Source: a virus (taxonomy: Duplodnaviria; Caudoviricetes). From it: a DNA stretch of 64,000 nucleotides. The stretch covers positions 294 to 64,293 of IMG/VR virus record IMGVR_UViG_3300027857_000018; one strand, written 5' to 3'. How positions within the stretch are numbered: the first letter of the stretch is position 1; each line of letters opens with the position of its first letter. Shown here piece after piece: positions 38,524-49,215 of this stretch. A program made the position numbers and the translations under genes. The notes under the pieces were generated by a model. That model saw nothing but the letters and a program-made list of their open reading frames with translations, was not told the DNA's origin and ran no database searches.

Positions 38524-41500
38524 TGGGGTTCGTCCTTTCTACCGCCGAGTTGGTTGGCGAGCAGCGTCGTTTGCAGCCGCGCCGCGAGGCGGCGCATCAG
38601 CACGGGTCCGGGCTTGTCGTTGGCGACGCGCTCCATGAGGACGCGGGCGAGATCGGGATGGAGAAAGGCTTCGCGGCGCAGAGCATTCACCGTATCGATT
38701 CCATGTTGCCGCAGCGCGCTCACGACCACGCCACCGACACCGCCAAGCGCTTCGCCGAGGATCGGCAGGTTTAGCGCATGGCCCGCTGCTGTGCCTGCTG
38801 CCTCGCCAGCGATGAACGAGAACAGCGACTTGCCATGGCCGCCAAACATCCCCGTCTTGTGGCCTGCAGCCACGTCCGTGGACGTGCGCGAGCCCGGGAC
38901 GGCCTGCGTGCGTTGTGCCTGCCGCCGGAGGTCCGCCCCAATCATTTCGAAGTTCTGCAGCCCCTGGCCGCCGAACAGGATCTTGAGCGGCTGTTTGTTG
39001 CGCTCGATCCATGTGCGGAAGACATTGGCCTTCATGAAATCTTCCGTCTCGGTTGCCGCTGTCGACGAGGAGACTTTCTGATCCAGCCAATCCACCACGG
39101 CACGCTTCAATCCCTCGCGCGCATCGGCATTACCCGCAACCGCGCGAGCCAGAGCCGTGAACTTGGTCGGATCATTGGCGGCAAGCGTGCGACTGATCGC
39201 CTGCACCGGATCTTGGCCGAGGAAGGATTTGGCAACGCCGTTCTGATAGTCCTTAATTGCCGCTTCATGCTGTGCAACGGTCTGGTCGTAGAATTCCTGC
39301 GCTGTCCGCGCATTGGCCAGCTTTGGTGCGAGCGCCTCTCCGCTGGCCGCGTCAAGCTGCTGGATCGCCGGCTGTCGTTGGCGTGCCCATGCGTCGAAGT
39401 CGGAGACGTTCATCGCCCCGGTTTTGGGGTCAATGATTCCCGCATGGCGCAATTCGCTGACCAGATAGTCCTTGGCGAGTTCGACAGCGCTAGTATTGCT
39501 CCCCGCGGCTTTGATATAGGCGCCCACTGCCGCTGGATCGACATCGCCGCGACGGAAGAATTTTGCAGGAAGCATGAGGTCGGAGGTTTTGCGATTCTTG
39601 TTGGCATCAGTTGCCAGTGCTTCGCCGACCGGACCTTGGCGATAAGTCCCCTTATAATCGGCCCATCCCGCCACGGCCGTCTTATATGCCTGCGCGCCTT
39701 CTGGCGTTATCCGTTCCTCAAGCGGGGGTCGTCCTGCTCCAGCATTTCGCGCAGAATTTGTAGCTCCCGGAGGCATTGGAAGTCCGCCTTGCGCCGAAAT
39801 GCCTGCTCCAGTTGGGCCAGACGGACCTTCACCAATTCCCGCGGCAGAATTTTGAGATGAAGCCACAGCTCCATTCTCGGCAGCGGCGCGGTCGCTAATG
39901 GCGGAAAGTTCTGTGACAAGGGCTTTCCCGACCGTTGACTGCGGGGCAATTGCGCGGTTGACAGCATCCTGAATGGACTGATCGACGCCGCGCTTGAGGT
40001 CAGTTACTTGCCGCATGGCGACGCTTTCGGCGCCTACCTGCGGATCGCCTGCGATCTTTCTGGAAGCTTCGCTGAGCTGGGACCGAATGTCGCGGAAGAC
40101 ATCAAACGGCACGACATCAGGCCACTTGGAAATCGTGGTTGCGATCTTCTCGACAGAGGGATGCAGTTCGGCACCCGTCTCAATCCCTTGGATTGGCCCA
40201 ACGCTTGCGAGCACTTTTGCTGCTGCATCTTTGGCGGGATTCGCGGCTGCGGTCATATCTCTTGGAACGAGATCGAAGAGGCTGCTGCGAGCGGCTTTCA
40301 CCGTTGCTTGTTCGGTCGAAAGGCCCTCATGCATCCCCGCGCCATATTCCTCCGTGCGTTGCAGGCCGCCGAGCGGAGGACCGGCAGCAGCGGTGCGGGC
40401 AGCCCCCGCAGCGCCCGCTTGCGTCGCCTTCTGCGTCTCCAGCGCGTCCAGCCCGCGCGTGAACATCTGCCCAACGGATTGCGGCGAGGCATTGGTATCC
40501 GCCTGTCCCTGGATCGCCGCCAGCCGCGCCGAGTTCTGCTCGGCCTCGCGGGCGATGAACGGCCCGGGATTGGCGACGCGTGCGTCCTTCTCCATGCCGG
40601 CAACGCGGGCCAGCGCATCAGGCGCGAGCGGTTCCCCGCCGGGCGTGAAGGCTGCCTGTGCGAGCGTCGGCTTGGAACCGGGGACGAGTTCCTGCGTGTC
40701 CTCGGTGGCGCGGAGTTTCGGCAGTAGTCCCGGAACCGCGTTCAGTTCCTCGCCGACCTGGCGCGCCTGGGAGCCGGTGACAGCGACGCCGCCGAGGGAT
40801 TGCTTGGGGCCGATGCCCATACGGCCCGCGGCATTGGCTGCCGCGCGGCCAACAGAGAGCGCGCCCTCTTGTCCAATCGCTGCTGCACCCCCGCCAATGA
40901 GATTGCCAACGATGTTGGCATAGGGCTTGGCCCAATCGGGCGCTACGTCTTCCGCCACCTGCCCCGTGGCGGCACCAGCGGCAACTGGCAAAGCACTCCT
41001 AGCGATCGGTGTTTCGCGGAGGGTCTGGCCGACACCGCGCGTAATCGCCGCTGTCGTAGGCGCGAGGAATGGTGCGGCTGCTTCCAGTCCGGCACCTCCG
41101 AGCGCCATACCGCCGAGCTGGCCAGGAACCTGCCCAACCGCGCGAGCGACGCGCTCCGGCTCTCCGTGCGGCTGCACCTCGGTCGGAGAAAATCCCCCCG
41201 TCGCCCGTGCCAGCGCCCGCGATGCCTCGCCGCCGACGTCCGTGTTGAACTGCGGAATCTGCGTACCCGCCACAGCATTGAGCCCGCGGATGCCGAGATT
41301 CGTGACGGCGTTCGCCGCGTTCGGCAGCATCGCGGCGGCGTTCCAGCCACCCTCTGCGAGTCCGGCGCCGAGGTTACGACCGATGCCGCCGAGGGTAGAG
41401 CCTTGCTCGGGAGGGGCCTTGATGCCCAACTTCTGCGCGGTCGCAGGATCGATCCACTTCGTCTGCTCGGGCGCGGCGGCGGGGAACTGATCCCAAACGG

Positions 41501-41711
41501 TGGCTGCCTTCACCGTCTGTGCGACCGCCTTCGGTGCAGCTTCGTCTCCTTCGCCACCAGTCGCCCATGCTGGCAGCGTCGCAGGCGTCATCCGCGCCTG
41601 AGATTGTCGCAACGCCGCATCCTGCGCAGCCTGAGGCGCCATCCACTGTTGCTGTTCCGGCGTGGCCGGCGGAAACTGATCCCAGACGCTATTGTCCAGA
41701 GGCACCTGCAC
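38520..41711 (-). CDS. Large internal virion / DNA-ejection protein
   Basis: 1063 aa, Ala/Gly-rich, repeated VWDQFP motif, third of three ejection-type genes. Confidence 0.7.
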   Translation of the reverse strand: MQVPLDNSVWDQFPPATPEQQQWMAPQAAQDAALRQSQARMTPATLPAWATGGEGDEAAPKAVAQTVKAATVWDQFPAAAPEQTKWIDPATAQKLGIKAPPEQGSTLGGIGRNLGAGLAEGGWNAAAMLPNAANAVTNLGIRGLNAVAGTQIPQFNTDVGGEASRALARATGGFSPTEVQPHGEPERVARAVGQVPGQLGGMALGGAGLEAAAPFLAPTTAAITRGVGQTLRETPIARSALPVAAGAATGQVAEDVAPDWAKPYANIVGNLIGGGAAAIGQEGALSVGRAAANAAGRMGIGPKQSLGGVAVTGSQARQVGEELNAVPGLLPKLRATEDTQELVPGSKPTLAQAAFTPGGEPLAPDALARVAGMEKDARVANPGPFIAREAEQNSARLAAIQGQADTNASPQSVGQMFTRGLDALETQKATQAGAAGAARTAAAGPPLGGLQRTEEYGAGMHEGLSTEQATVKAARSSLFDLVPRDMTAAANPAKDAAAKVLASVGPIQGIETGAELHPSVEKIATTISKWPDVVPFDVFRDIRSQLSEASRKIAGDPQVGAESVAMRQVTDLKRGVDQSIQDAVNRAIAPQSTVGKALVTELSAISDRAAAENGAVASSQNSAAGIGEGPSGPTGAGISAQGGLPMPPGATNSARNAGAGRPPLEERITPEGAQAYKTAVAGWADYKGTYRQGPVGEALATDANKNRKTSDLMLPAKFFRRGDVDPAAVGAYIKAAGSNTSAVELAKDYLVSELRHAGIIDPKTGAMNVSDFDAWARQRQPAIQQLDAASGEALAPKLANARTAQEFYDQTVAQHEAAIKDYQNGVAKSFLGQDPVQAISRTLAANDPTKFTALARAVAGNADAREGLKRAVVDWLDQKVSSSTAATETEDFMKANVFRTWIERNKQPLKILFGGQGLQNFEMIGADLRRQAQRTQAVPGSRTSTDVAAGHKTGMFGGHGKSLFSFIAGEAAGTAAGHALNLPILGEALGGVGGVVVSALRQHGIDTVNALRREAFLHPDLARVLMERVANDKPGPVLMRRLAARLQTTLLANQLGGRKDEPQ

Positions 41712-43614
41712 CTCCTGGAACGACGCGGGGGATGCCGTCGGGCCCGACGAACATGGTCCCTGGGAGCATATTTTTTACCGCCCCGGGCGTGTTGACCCGG
41801 ATCGGATGCACCTGAGAAATTGCCCGGTCGGCATACATTTTCGGCGTATACTGCGTGTTGAATGCCGTCTCCGCGCCGATCAGGTTCCCTTGGCGCTGCT
41901 GCATCCAATTCGTCTCGAAATTCCGCAGATCCACCTCGCGCTGATTCATTTCGCGATAGCCGCCTGAGATGAGTTTGTAACCCTGTGGCGTGTTCTCCGT
42001 GCCAGGCGTTGCGGCAGCCGACATGTGAATGATCTGCGCCGCCTCGCGCGAGCCAAGTTGCCGCGCCTGCGCAAACGCAAGCTGGGTTTGAAGCTTATTC
42101 GCATCTTCCCACGACGCCACCTTCGTGGGATCGACGGCCGGTGCGATGCCGAGCGGTGTCAGGAGGCCGTTGACCTGCTTCGCGAGCCCGAGGCGGAAAT
42201 TGTTCCCTGCGCCCGTGACCGACCAGCCGCCGCCGGAATTGAGTGTGGCAATGTTCTGGTCCTGCTGCTCCAACTGGAACAGCGAATTGATCGCGCCTTC
42301 GTATTTGGCCTTATTCTCGTTGGCGTACTGATCGGAGAGATGCTTGATTGTCTCTTCCTGTCCCGGCGCCATCTTAACGACGGGGCCTTCCGAGCCGGGT
42401 GTGAAGCCGCCAGTTACGGCGACGCCGCCCTGGTCGTTCGGCGCGATGAAGCCGCCGCGTTCTTGGCCGGTCACAGGATCTGTGAACTCGTGGTATTCCG
42501 GCTGGCGGTAGATTTCCTTGTTTGTGCGTGGATCGTAGACGCCGGCACGGGTGACGACCGGCTTCTGCCACGAAGCCGCCGCCTCAGCGCCGGCCGTTGC
42601 CGCCGCCTTCTGCCCCGCAGTCGCTAGGTCGAAGTACTTCCCTGCTTGCTCCAATTCCACCTTTGCGAGCTCGGGATTTACGAATGCAAATTGGTTCGCG
42701 CGCGCGTAATGCTGCTGCGCTTGCGCCATGGCGCCTTGGTCTATGCCATTTTGCAGAACGCTTTGCGACGGGGCCACTCTTCCGATATAGGCTGGAATCG
42801 TCGTGCCATTCTCATCGGCAGGACTGTTCTTGCCGCCGCTTTTCAACCAGTTCGCCATGCCTGTCGGGCCGGCTAGATGCATGCCGGCGAGGATTGCCTC
42901 ATGCGTCATGGGCATGCCGCCGATGGTCTGACCCTCATATTGATCAAGGCCCATCGTCTTCGCCTGCGTCTCCAGATTGCTCGCATGAGCGCGAAACGCA
43001 GCATCCTGCGCCTGCGGATTTTGTAGCCAGTCCCCAATCGTCATCGGCTTGTATGGAGCGATGTTGAACGTACCCTTCCATTGATTTTTGGAAAGGTCCT
43101 CTCCCGGCGCCGGCTTATAGACGCCAGCATCGGCAAGGTCCGCCGCCCCAAGCTGGTACTTCCCGGCGAAGCCGAGGTTATTCATCGCGGAATAATTGTT
43201 GCTGCTCTCGACCTGCCCGAGACGATCGGCGAATGGTGCCGCAGGCGTCGCCTGTCCACCGAACGGCAACGGGACGCTGGTCTGTTGCTGTCCTCCTGGA
43301 AGCGATGCGATTTGGGCTTTCGCTAATGCTTGCGCATATGGGAGTTGTGCAGCGGCAACTTGGTTCTGCAGCCCGAGTCCCTGGTTCTGCAGATTCGCCT
43401 TCTCCAGTTCCGCCCGCATGAATGGCTGCTTCTGCTGCCATTCCTGATTAGCCAGCACCGCCGGCCCGAGTGCGCCGAGTCCCCCGCCGTATTTCAACTC
43501 CCCCATCGGCCCGCGCGCATTGGCGGCAACCGAGAGATTGCCTCCGAAATTGGCTAGATTTGACCAGAAATTCGGCGATTGCCCAAGGAAGTTGCTGTCG
43601 TCGGTGCCGCTCAT
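41689..43614 (-). CDS. Internal virion protein with lysozyme/lytic-transglycosylase-like domain
   Basis: VESSNNYSA.N..GFAGKYQL...NPQAQD...HLAGPTG. Confidence 0.75.
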   Translation of the reverse strand: MSGTDDSNFLGQSPNFWSNLANFGGNLSVAANARGPMGELKYGGGLGALGPAVLANQEWQQKQPFMRAELEKANLQNQGLGLQNQVAAAQLPYAQALAKAQIASLPGGQQQTSVPLPFGGQATPAAPFADRLGQVESSNNYSAMNNLGFAGKYQLGAADLADAGVYKPAPGEDLSKNQWKGTFNIAPYKPMTIGDWLQNPQAQDAAFRAHASNLETQAKTMGLDQYEGQTIGGMPMTHEAILAGMHLAGPTGMANWLKSGGKNSPADENGTTIPAYIGRVAPSQSVLQNGIDQGAMAQAQQHYARANQFAFVNPELAKVELEQAGKYFDLATAGQKAAATAGAEAAASWQKPVVTRAGVYDPRTNKEIYRQPEYHEFTDPVTGQERGGFIAPNDQGGVAVTGGFTPGSEGPVVKMAPGQEETIKHLSDQYANENKAKYEGAINSLFQLEQQDQNIATLNSGGGWSVTGAGNNFRLGLAKQVNGLLTPLGIAPAVDPTKVASWEDANKLQTQLAFAQARQLGSREAAQIIHMSAAATPGTENTPQGYKLISGGYREMNQREVDLRNFETNWMQQRQGNLIGAETAFNTQYTPKMYADRAISQVHPIRVNTPGAVKNMLPGTMFVGPDGIPRVVPGGAGASGQ

Positions 43615-43619
43615 CTACA

Positions 43620-44621
43620 TCATCCGAACGGGTTCGAAGACGGGTTGCCACCGCCTGGCCCAAGCAATGACCCAAGGCCGCCGGCCAGCGACGAGAACGA
43701 CCCAAGGCCCGAGAGCAGCGGACTCGTGCCGGGAAGCTGGATATTGTTCGTCAGCGAATAGGGATTGTTCGTGATCGAGGACTCCTGCACGCCGAGCATC
43801 TGGAACGGATATTGCGTCTGGTTAAGGTATTGCTGATATGCCGTGTTGAGTTGCTGCTGTAGGTTCGTCTGCTGCAACTGGCCGGCATCCTCCAGCGCAT
43901 TAGCACCCGTCAATCCCATCTGCTGATACTGGCCGGCAAGATTGGCCAACTGGTTGCCGCCCTGCAAGAGCGTATTCTGCTCGTTCAGTCCCAAATTCTG
44001 CTGCTGCTGCTGGACGCCCTGCTCCTGCAAACCAAGGTTCTGCTCGCCCTGCGCGGTTGCGAGCGCCGTATTGTACCCCGTGTTTAGTCCCTGCGCCTCG
44101 ATGCCGGCCATGGTCTGGCCGCCGTAGTAATTGTTGAGTGCATTCTCCACACCCTGCCGTGCATCCCCGAATGCTCCCGCCGAAGTGGCCTGCGCATTCG
44201 TCTGGTTCTGCTGGTTATTGAGATTGAGTTGCGCCTGCTGCAACTGCGGCTGCAAGGATTGCTGAATATAGGGCGACATGTATCGCCCTATATTCTCATT
44301 GCTTAGCGCCAAGTTCTGATTGAACGGATCGGTGGCATTCGTCGCGCCACCGTTGATCGGATTGGCGTTGATCGCGTTTGTGTCGAGATTCGCAGCATTC
44401 GTCAGCGCGGGCGCATACGCCCCGGCCGCGTTCGTTGCCGCTTGAATGCCCTGATTCTGCAGCGATGTCAGGGGCTGGACAAGCTGCCCCTGATATTGCG
44501 GGAACGGTTGGGAGGCGAGGTAATTCGCCGTCCCCATGTTCTGCTCGGCCTGGGTCTGCACGTACTGCGGCGGCTGGTTCGTGACCGTCTGCGCAGCCGG
44601 AGCACTAGGAGCGCCGCCCAT
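43620..44621 (-). CDS. DNA-ejection (pilot) protein
   Basis: Gln/Asn-rich; YMSPY, AGAFGDARQG, Q.QYPFQ.L motifs. Confidence 0.75.
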   Translation of the reverse strand: MGGAPSAPAAQTVTNQPPQYVQTQAEQNMGTANYLASQPFPQYQGQLVQPLTSLQNQGIQAATNAAGAYAPALTNAANLDTNAINANPINGGATNATDPFNQNLALSNENIGRYMSPYIQQSLQPQLQQAQLNLNNQQNQTNAQATSAGAFGDARQGVENALNNYYGGQTMAGIEAQGLNTGYNTALATAQGEQNLGLQEQGVQQQQQNLGLNEQNTLLQGGNQLANLAGQYQQMGLTGANALEDAGQLQQTNLQQQLNTAYQQYLNQTQYPFQMLGVQESSITNNPYSLTNNIQLPGTSPLLSGLGSFSSLAGGLGSLLGPGGGNPSSNPFG

Positions 44622-45026
44622 CTACCTCTCCGTCCATCGCAACATGATCCCTTCGAGCTTTGCCTGCGGGAACAATTTCGCCCACCCGGCGCGGCCGATG
44701 CATTCGAAGCCACGGCAGCCGTTCACGTCGCGCCATTTCTCCAGTTCCGAGAGAAAGCCATGATGATCCTGCCGGCAGTCCTTGCGTGCTCCGTCCAGCC
44801 AGATCCGCACCCAGCAGCCGCGCGGGTAGGTCGCAAACTCCGTGACGATCGCCGCCTCGACGGTCGGTTCCTGCCACTGCACCCAGAGTTGCCCCGCGCC
44901 GCCCATGCACAGAAGCCGCGCATCCTCATCCGAATACGTCGGCCGTTCTGCCAGAAGGGGAGCGAAGAGCGGCGAAACCTGAGGCCAGAGACGTGCGATG
45001 TTTTCCGGAAAGACGCGGAAGATCAT
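44622..45026 (-). CDS. GNAT-like podoviral tail-module protein
   Basis: LWPQVSPL...GQLW...GCRGFECIGRAGWAK. Confidence 0.7.
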   Translation of the reverse strand: MIFRVFPENIARLWPQVSPLFAPLLAERPTYSDEDARLLCMGGAGQLWVQWQEPTVEAAIVTEFATYPRGCWVRIWLDGARKDCRQDHHGFLSELEKWRDVNGCRGFECIGRAGWAKLFPQAKLEGIMLRWTER

Positions 45027-46240
45027 CCCGGCGGCGGATAGAAGTTGTACGGCTGGCCGGTTACGGCTGTGAACGGATTATAATTCGTGAACGTCGGCCG
45101 TCCCGGAGCGCCGCTCTGCGGGTTCGGGCCGGCCGGATTATGGTAGGGGATCGAGCCCTGCGGCAGTGACAGGTTCGGCGTGGCTGGTGAGAGCGCCTGT
45201 CCAGCGAGGCCGCCCAATGCCGAGCCGGCGCCGCGGAGGGCCATCTGGCCGCCCGTGAGATCGCCACCGCCGCCGCCGCCGAAGATGCTGCCAAGTCCCC
45301 CGCCGCCTCCGATCGTCCCCGGGTTCGGGCCCGGCGGATTGACGCCGCTTGGCTGTGCGCCGGCCAGCATGGAGCCCCCAAGTCCTGTGCTCGCCCCCGG
45401 ATTGCCTTGGATACCGTACTGCGTCGCAAGTGTGGCGTTCGCCGGATTGCCAAATGGTGTCGTGGTCGGAGAGGCAAAGTTTGAGGCATCCGTTGTCGGC
45501 GTAGACGACCCGCCGCCAAGCCCTCCCGCCAGCGCATTCCCCGCGGCACTCCCAAGGCCGGCCGTCAGCGCCTGCCCGGTATTGCCGCCACCGAGGAGAG
45601 ATCCGGCCGCCGAGCCGATGCCGCCCCCGATCGAAGACGCGGCGCCAGCCCCGAGAGTATCGGCAAGCCCCAGCGGCCCGAGGAGTTCCGGCGCAGCAAT
45701 GGCCCCCCCGATGCCGAGCAGCATCGGCAGGATTGAGGAGAAAATGCCGTTATGCTCCTCGACGCCGGTCTGCGGGTTGTGGGGCGCGGCAGGACTGCCG
45801 ACGATCATGGAGCGCGGATCGACGCCGGCCTGCTGGAATGCCTGCATGATCGTCTGCATGAGCTGCGGCGGCAGCATGCGCGGATTGATGACGATCTCAC
45901 CCGGGGTGAGATGTCCTAGCACCGTGTCTCCGAACCGACCCATCGACGCCGCTTCCTGCGGTCGCAGCCCCATCTGCTGGCCCTGTGGCGCGCCCATTGC
46001 GCCGGGCTGCGCCTGCGCCGCGCGGCCGAACGCTGCAAGCCCTGGCGACGCGCCCTGCGGCGGCGGGATGGGCGCAGGAGGAGGGCCTTGGGGGCGTTGC
46101 ATCTGTTGCGGCGGCATCTGCCCCTGCGGCATAGCCTGGCGCTGCTGCTGCAGCCGTTGCATGAGCATGGCCGCGAGTTGCGGAGGGATCTGCGGCTGGC
46201 CCTGAGGCTGCGCCTGCGGCTGCATCATCGCGCCGGACAT
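45023..46240 (-). CDS. Gln/Gly-rich internal virion protein
   Basis: GRFGDTVLGHLTPGEIVI...NPQTGVEE motif. Confidence 0.7.
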   Translation of the reverse strand: MSGAMMQPQAQPQGQPQIPPQLAAMLMQRLQQQRQAMPQGQMPPQQMQRPQGPPPAPIPPPQGASPGLAAFGRAAQAQPGAMGAPQGQQMGLRPQEAASMGRFGDTVLGHLTPGEIVINPRMLPPQLMQTIMQAFQQAGVDPRSMIVGSPAAPHNPQTGVEEHNGIFSSILPMLLGIGGAIAAPELLGPLGLADTLGAGAASSIGGGIGSAAGSLLGGGNTGQALTAGLGSAAGNALAGGLGGGSSTPTTDASNFASPTTTPFGNPANATLATQYGIQGNPGASTGLGGSMLAGAQPSGVNPPGPNPGTIGGGGGLGSIFGGGGGGDLTGGQMALRGAGSALGGLAGQALSPATPNLSLPQGSIPYHNPAGPNPQSGAPGRPTFTNYNPFTAVTGQPYNFYPPPG

Positions 46241-46249
46241 GGTGTCTTC

Positions 46250-46537
46250 CTATTCATTGCTCTGCCGTGTCACGGTCGGCGACACGATGCCCTTATTCGT
46301 CAGCGCGGTCACAAACGTTGCCACATAGTTCGCCACGTCCGCGAGCGTGGATGTCCCCGTGATCACGGTGTTGGTCGTGAAGTTGGACGCCAGCAACTGC
46401 TGCCCGGCGGGCGCCGACTGCACGCGCGAATAATCCTCCAGCAGCCGCTTTGCCGAGCGAATCCAAATGCACACATCCCGCAGCGTGGCCTTCTCCGGAT
46501 CAGGCGCGCCCGGCAGGATGAGCCGCTGGATAGTCAC
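46250..46537 (-). CDS. Small tail-module protein
   Basis: GTGA-coupled to the nozzle gene. Confidence 0.65.
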   Translation of the reverse strand: MTIQRLILPGAPDPEKATLRDVCIWIRSAKRLLEDYSRVQSAPAGQQLLASNFTTNTVITGTSTLADVANYVATFVTALTNKGIVSPTVTRQSNE

Positions 46538-48543
46538 TTGCGCGCACTCTGCGGCGTGATCTCGGCGCGCAGCATGCCGAGGCGGAAGGTCGCGCCGGGT
46601 GTCGAGGTAAAGTTGAGGTTGAACATCTTCCCATCGTCGCGCACGTCAATGCGCTCGCTCGTGCTGGTCAGCGCCGCCTGCGCGTCCACCGTCGGCACGT
46701 CCTGCGGATAGTAGGCTGATCCGAACGCAAAATCGATCGTGCCGCTGATATGCGACATGTCCACTACCAACCCCGTAATGGCGATATTCACGTCTCCGTT
46801 CTGCACGTCCATGAACGAGCCGAGCAGATTGACCGTCGCGCCCTCGGCGAAGGTCGATCCGATTTCCTGCTGGTACATCGAGCCGGTGATGTCGATGGAA
46901 TAGGGGTTTGTCAGTAAATCCGCATCTGTCCACGCCGTGCGCGAAATCCCCTCGCCAGGGTCCGGCACCGACCAGCATGCCTGATCGATCTGGTAGATGG
47001 CGTGGCGATCGATCTCGTTGCTGAGACTCGACACGTCGAAAAACCAGATCTCGTTTTTGAGCTTGTTGGAGCCTGCGATAGCCTTGTTGAAATATGTCTT
47101 GTTCGGTCCCGCTTCTGGGTTCGTGTTCGGACTGCCGAAGATGAAATCGTGGATGTCGTCCTGTGGCAGCCGCACGACGCTGCCATTATACGACCAGAAC
47201 GCCGAGGTGTCGCGCCAGTAGGCCGCTTCACCCATCTCGCACACCGCCCATTGCGAGCAGCATCCCGCATTGTCGGCGATCCGAGGCGTCGAATAGATTT
47301 CGTTGTCTCCAGTGTAGGACATCAGGAACGCGCTTTTGTCGGTAAACGCGAGACTGATGCCGTTCACCACCGGAATGCCGGCTGTGAAGTAGGCGCCTCC
47401 GATCAGATTGCGTCCTGAGTTCGCCGTGTTGTTCGGTAGCGATGTCCATTGCGTCGGCACCGCCTGGTCGCACCACGCCATCTGCAGCGGGCTCGACGAG
47501 GTGCCTAGCGCCACGATGAATCGCTCCGGCGTCACGAAATGCGCATTTACCTTCGTCGGCGCATTGGCGATCGGATAGGCCGTGCCACCGGCCACAGGAT
47601 CGTAGAAGTAAAGCGTATCTCCTGTGTTACATACCGACATCAGGCCGCCATAGGGCGCCAGTGTCCACCCGGGCTGCAGATAGGAAGGATTGTTGGCGTT
47701 CGACACGTTGAACGTCACGACCACCGCGCTGCCGCCGCCAGTCGCGCCGCTAAGTGCCGGAATGGTCGAATGCACCTGCACGATGTTGAGGCTCGCGGCC
47801 GTGACCGCGTAGGCGCCGTTCAGCAGAATCCCGCCCACCGACGATGCGCCAGAGATGTAGATGATATCGCCGACATTCGGAATGTAGGAGAATGGCACCG
47901 CGATTGAGACCGTCTGCGAGCCGCCGATGGTCGTAATCGGGTTCGAGGATAGCGTCGTACGCGGCAGGTTGAGCGTCGAGGTTGCGGCGCCCGAGGTACC
48001 AGAGGTCGCAGCAGTCGGCGACGTGACCGTGAAGTTGCCAGAGCCGATAGCCGTCACCGGAACCCAGCCGTTGAGTTGAATGCCTCCCACGGGCGTTGCC
48101 ATGGAGATGAACACCCAATCGCCGACCGCGACCGGGCTGCCGTTGGTCACCACCACCGACGTGGAGTTGTTCGTCGTCGTGTAGGTAATTGACCCTCCGC
48201 CCATCGTCAGCGTCGTGAGCGGCGTCACCTCCGTCGTCGTCGTGCCATCCCAGACATAGAGCCCGTTGGCCGTGCCGACCATAGTGCGGATCTTGTTGTC
48301 CACGCCGAGCCACTGCTTCATCGAGCGCGCGATGGCGCGGATGCCCGCGAAGTTCGTCTTGACATCGCCAGCAAGCTGTTCCGGCCAGCCGTCGGTAAAC
48401 CGGATATTGTTCGTCGTCGTCCAGCGCCCGCGGGCCATGCGCTCGGCATTGAAGGACAGCGTCTTGCCGGCGGCATAGGCGCTCTGGTTCTTGGTGACGC
48501 CAGGCTCGAAGAAGATCGGCGTGAGTGCCATCAGTACGGCCAC
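46534..48543 (-). CDS. Tail nozzle / packaged-DNA stabilisation protein (P22 gp10-like)
   Basis: NIRF.DG.PE, WCDQ...W...NTA, NEIWFF motifs; follows the adaptor. Confidence 0.75.
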   Translation of the reverse strand: MAVLMALTPIFFEPGVTKNQSAYAAGKTLSFNAERMARGRWTTTNNIRFTDGWPEQLAGDVKTNFAGIRAIARSMKQWLGVDNKIRTMVGTANGLYVWDGTTTTEVTPLTTLTMGGGSITYTTTNNSTSVVVTNGSPVAVGDWVFISMATPVGGIQLNGWVPVTAIGSGNFTVTSPTAATSGTSGAATSTLNLPRTTLSSNPITTIGGSQTVSIAVPFSYIPNVGDIIYISGASSVGGILLNGAYAVTAASLNIVQVHSTIPALSGATGGGSAVVVTFNVSNANNPSYLQPGWTLAPYGGLMSVCNTGDTLYFYDPVAGGTAYPIANAPTKVNAHFVTPERFIVALGTSSSPLQMAWCDQAVPTQWTSLPNNTANSGRNLIGGAYFTAGIPVVNGISLAFTDKSAFLMSYTGDNEIYSTPRIADNAGCCSQWAVCEMGEAAYWRDTSAFWSYNGSVVRLPQDDIHDFIFGSPNTNPEAGPNKTYFNKAIAGSNKLKNEIWFFDVSSLSNEIDRHAIYQIDQACWSVPDPGEGISRTAWTDADLLTNPYSIDITGSMYQQEIGSTFAEGATVNLLGSFMDVQNGDVNIAITGLVVDMSHISGTIDFAFGSAYYPQDVPTVDAQAALTSTSERIDVRDDGKMFNLNFTSTPGATFRLGMLRAEITPQSARK

Positions 48544-49214
48544 CCTGTATCCGTCGACAGACCCGTACCGTCGATCCAGCCACCGCCGATGGCACGCCGC
48601 GCGCGGTCGCTGTTGGCCTGAACCTTGTTCAGTTCGTCCATCGCCGCTTGCTCATAGTAAGTGCGATCGAACTGCCCCTGTCCGATCTCCTTCGTCCATT
48701 CGCACGCATGCATCATGATCACGACGCGCATCAGCCGCGTGCAGTTGTTTGTGAGGAAGTTCGTCGGGTTGCCGCTGCTCAGTCGCGCTGGCATCTGGTA
48801 ATAGAGCAGCGAGTACGGGTACGCTTGATCTGGGACGCTGTCAAAGTTGAAGTTGGTGTTGTCGAACGAGTAGCGCCACGGCTGTTGCGGCACGAGGTTG
48901 CCGTTGCCATCGTATTGCCACGCCGCCATCACCTCCTGCGGCGTCACTTGCCGGATGACGCGGCGGTTCACGCCCGTAATCAGAAAAAAATCCGGTTCCA
49001 GCATGTCGGACGGATAGGCCAGCGAAAGTGTTGTTGTCGGTAGCGTTCCGATCACGGCAGGCGGCATCATCCGCCAGTGGCGCAGGCGCTGATAGATCCA
49101 GTCTTGCGTTTCGTCCACGATCGTTGGAGCGGAAACGGAAATCCTTCCGTCATTGCACCAATCTGCAATGGAGCCAGGAGTGCCCTTATTGGCAACGAGT
49201 GTGTTGTAGTCCAA
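48531..49214 (-). CDS. Head-tail adaptor
   Basis: DYNTL...I.QRLR..RM, P.PDQAY, L.Y, TNFLT motifs. Confidence 0.75.
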   Translation of the reverse strand: MDYNTLVANKGTPGSIADWCNDGRISVSAPTIVDETQDWIYQRLRHWRMMPPAVIGTLPTTTLSLAYPSDMLEPDFFLITGVNRRVIRQVTPQEVMAAWQYDGNGNLVPQQPWRYSFDNTNFNFDSVPDQAYPYSLLYYQMPARLSSGNPTNFLTNNCTRLMRVVIMMHACEWTKEIGQGQFDRTYYEQAAMDELNKVQANSDRARRAIGGGWIDGTGLSTDTGWPY

Positions 49215-49215
49215 G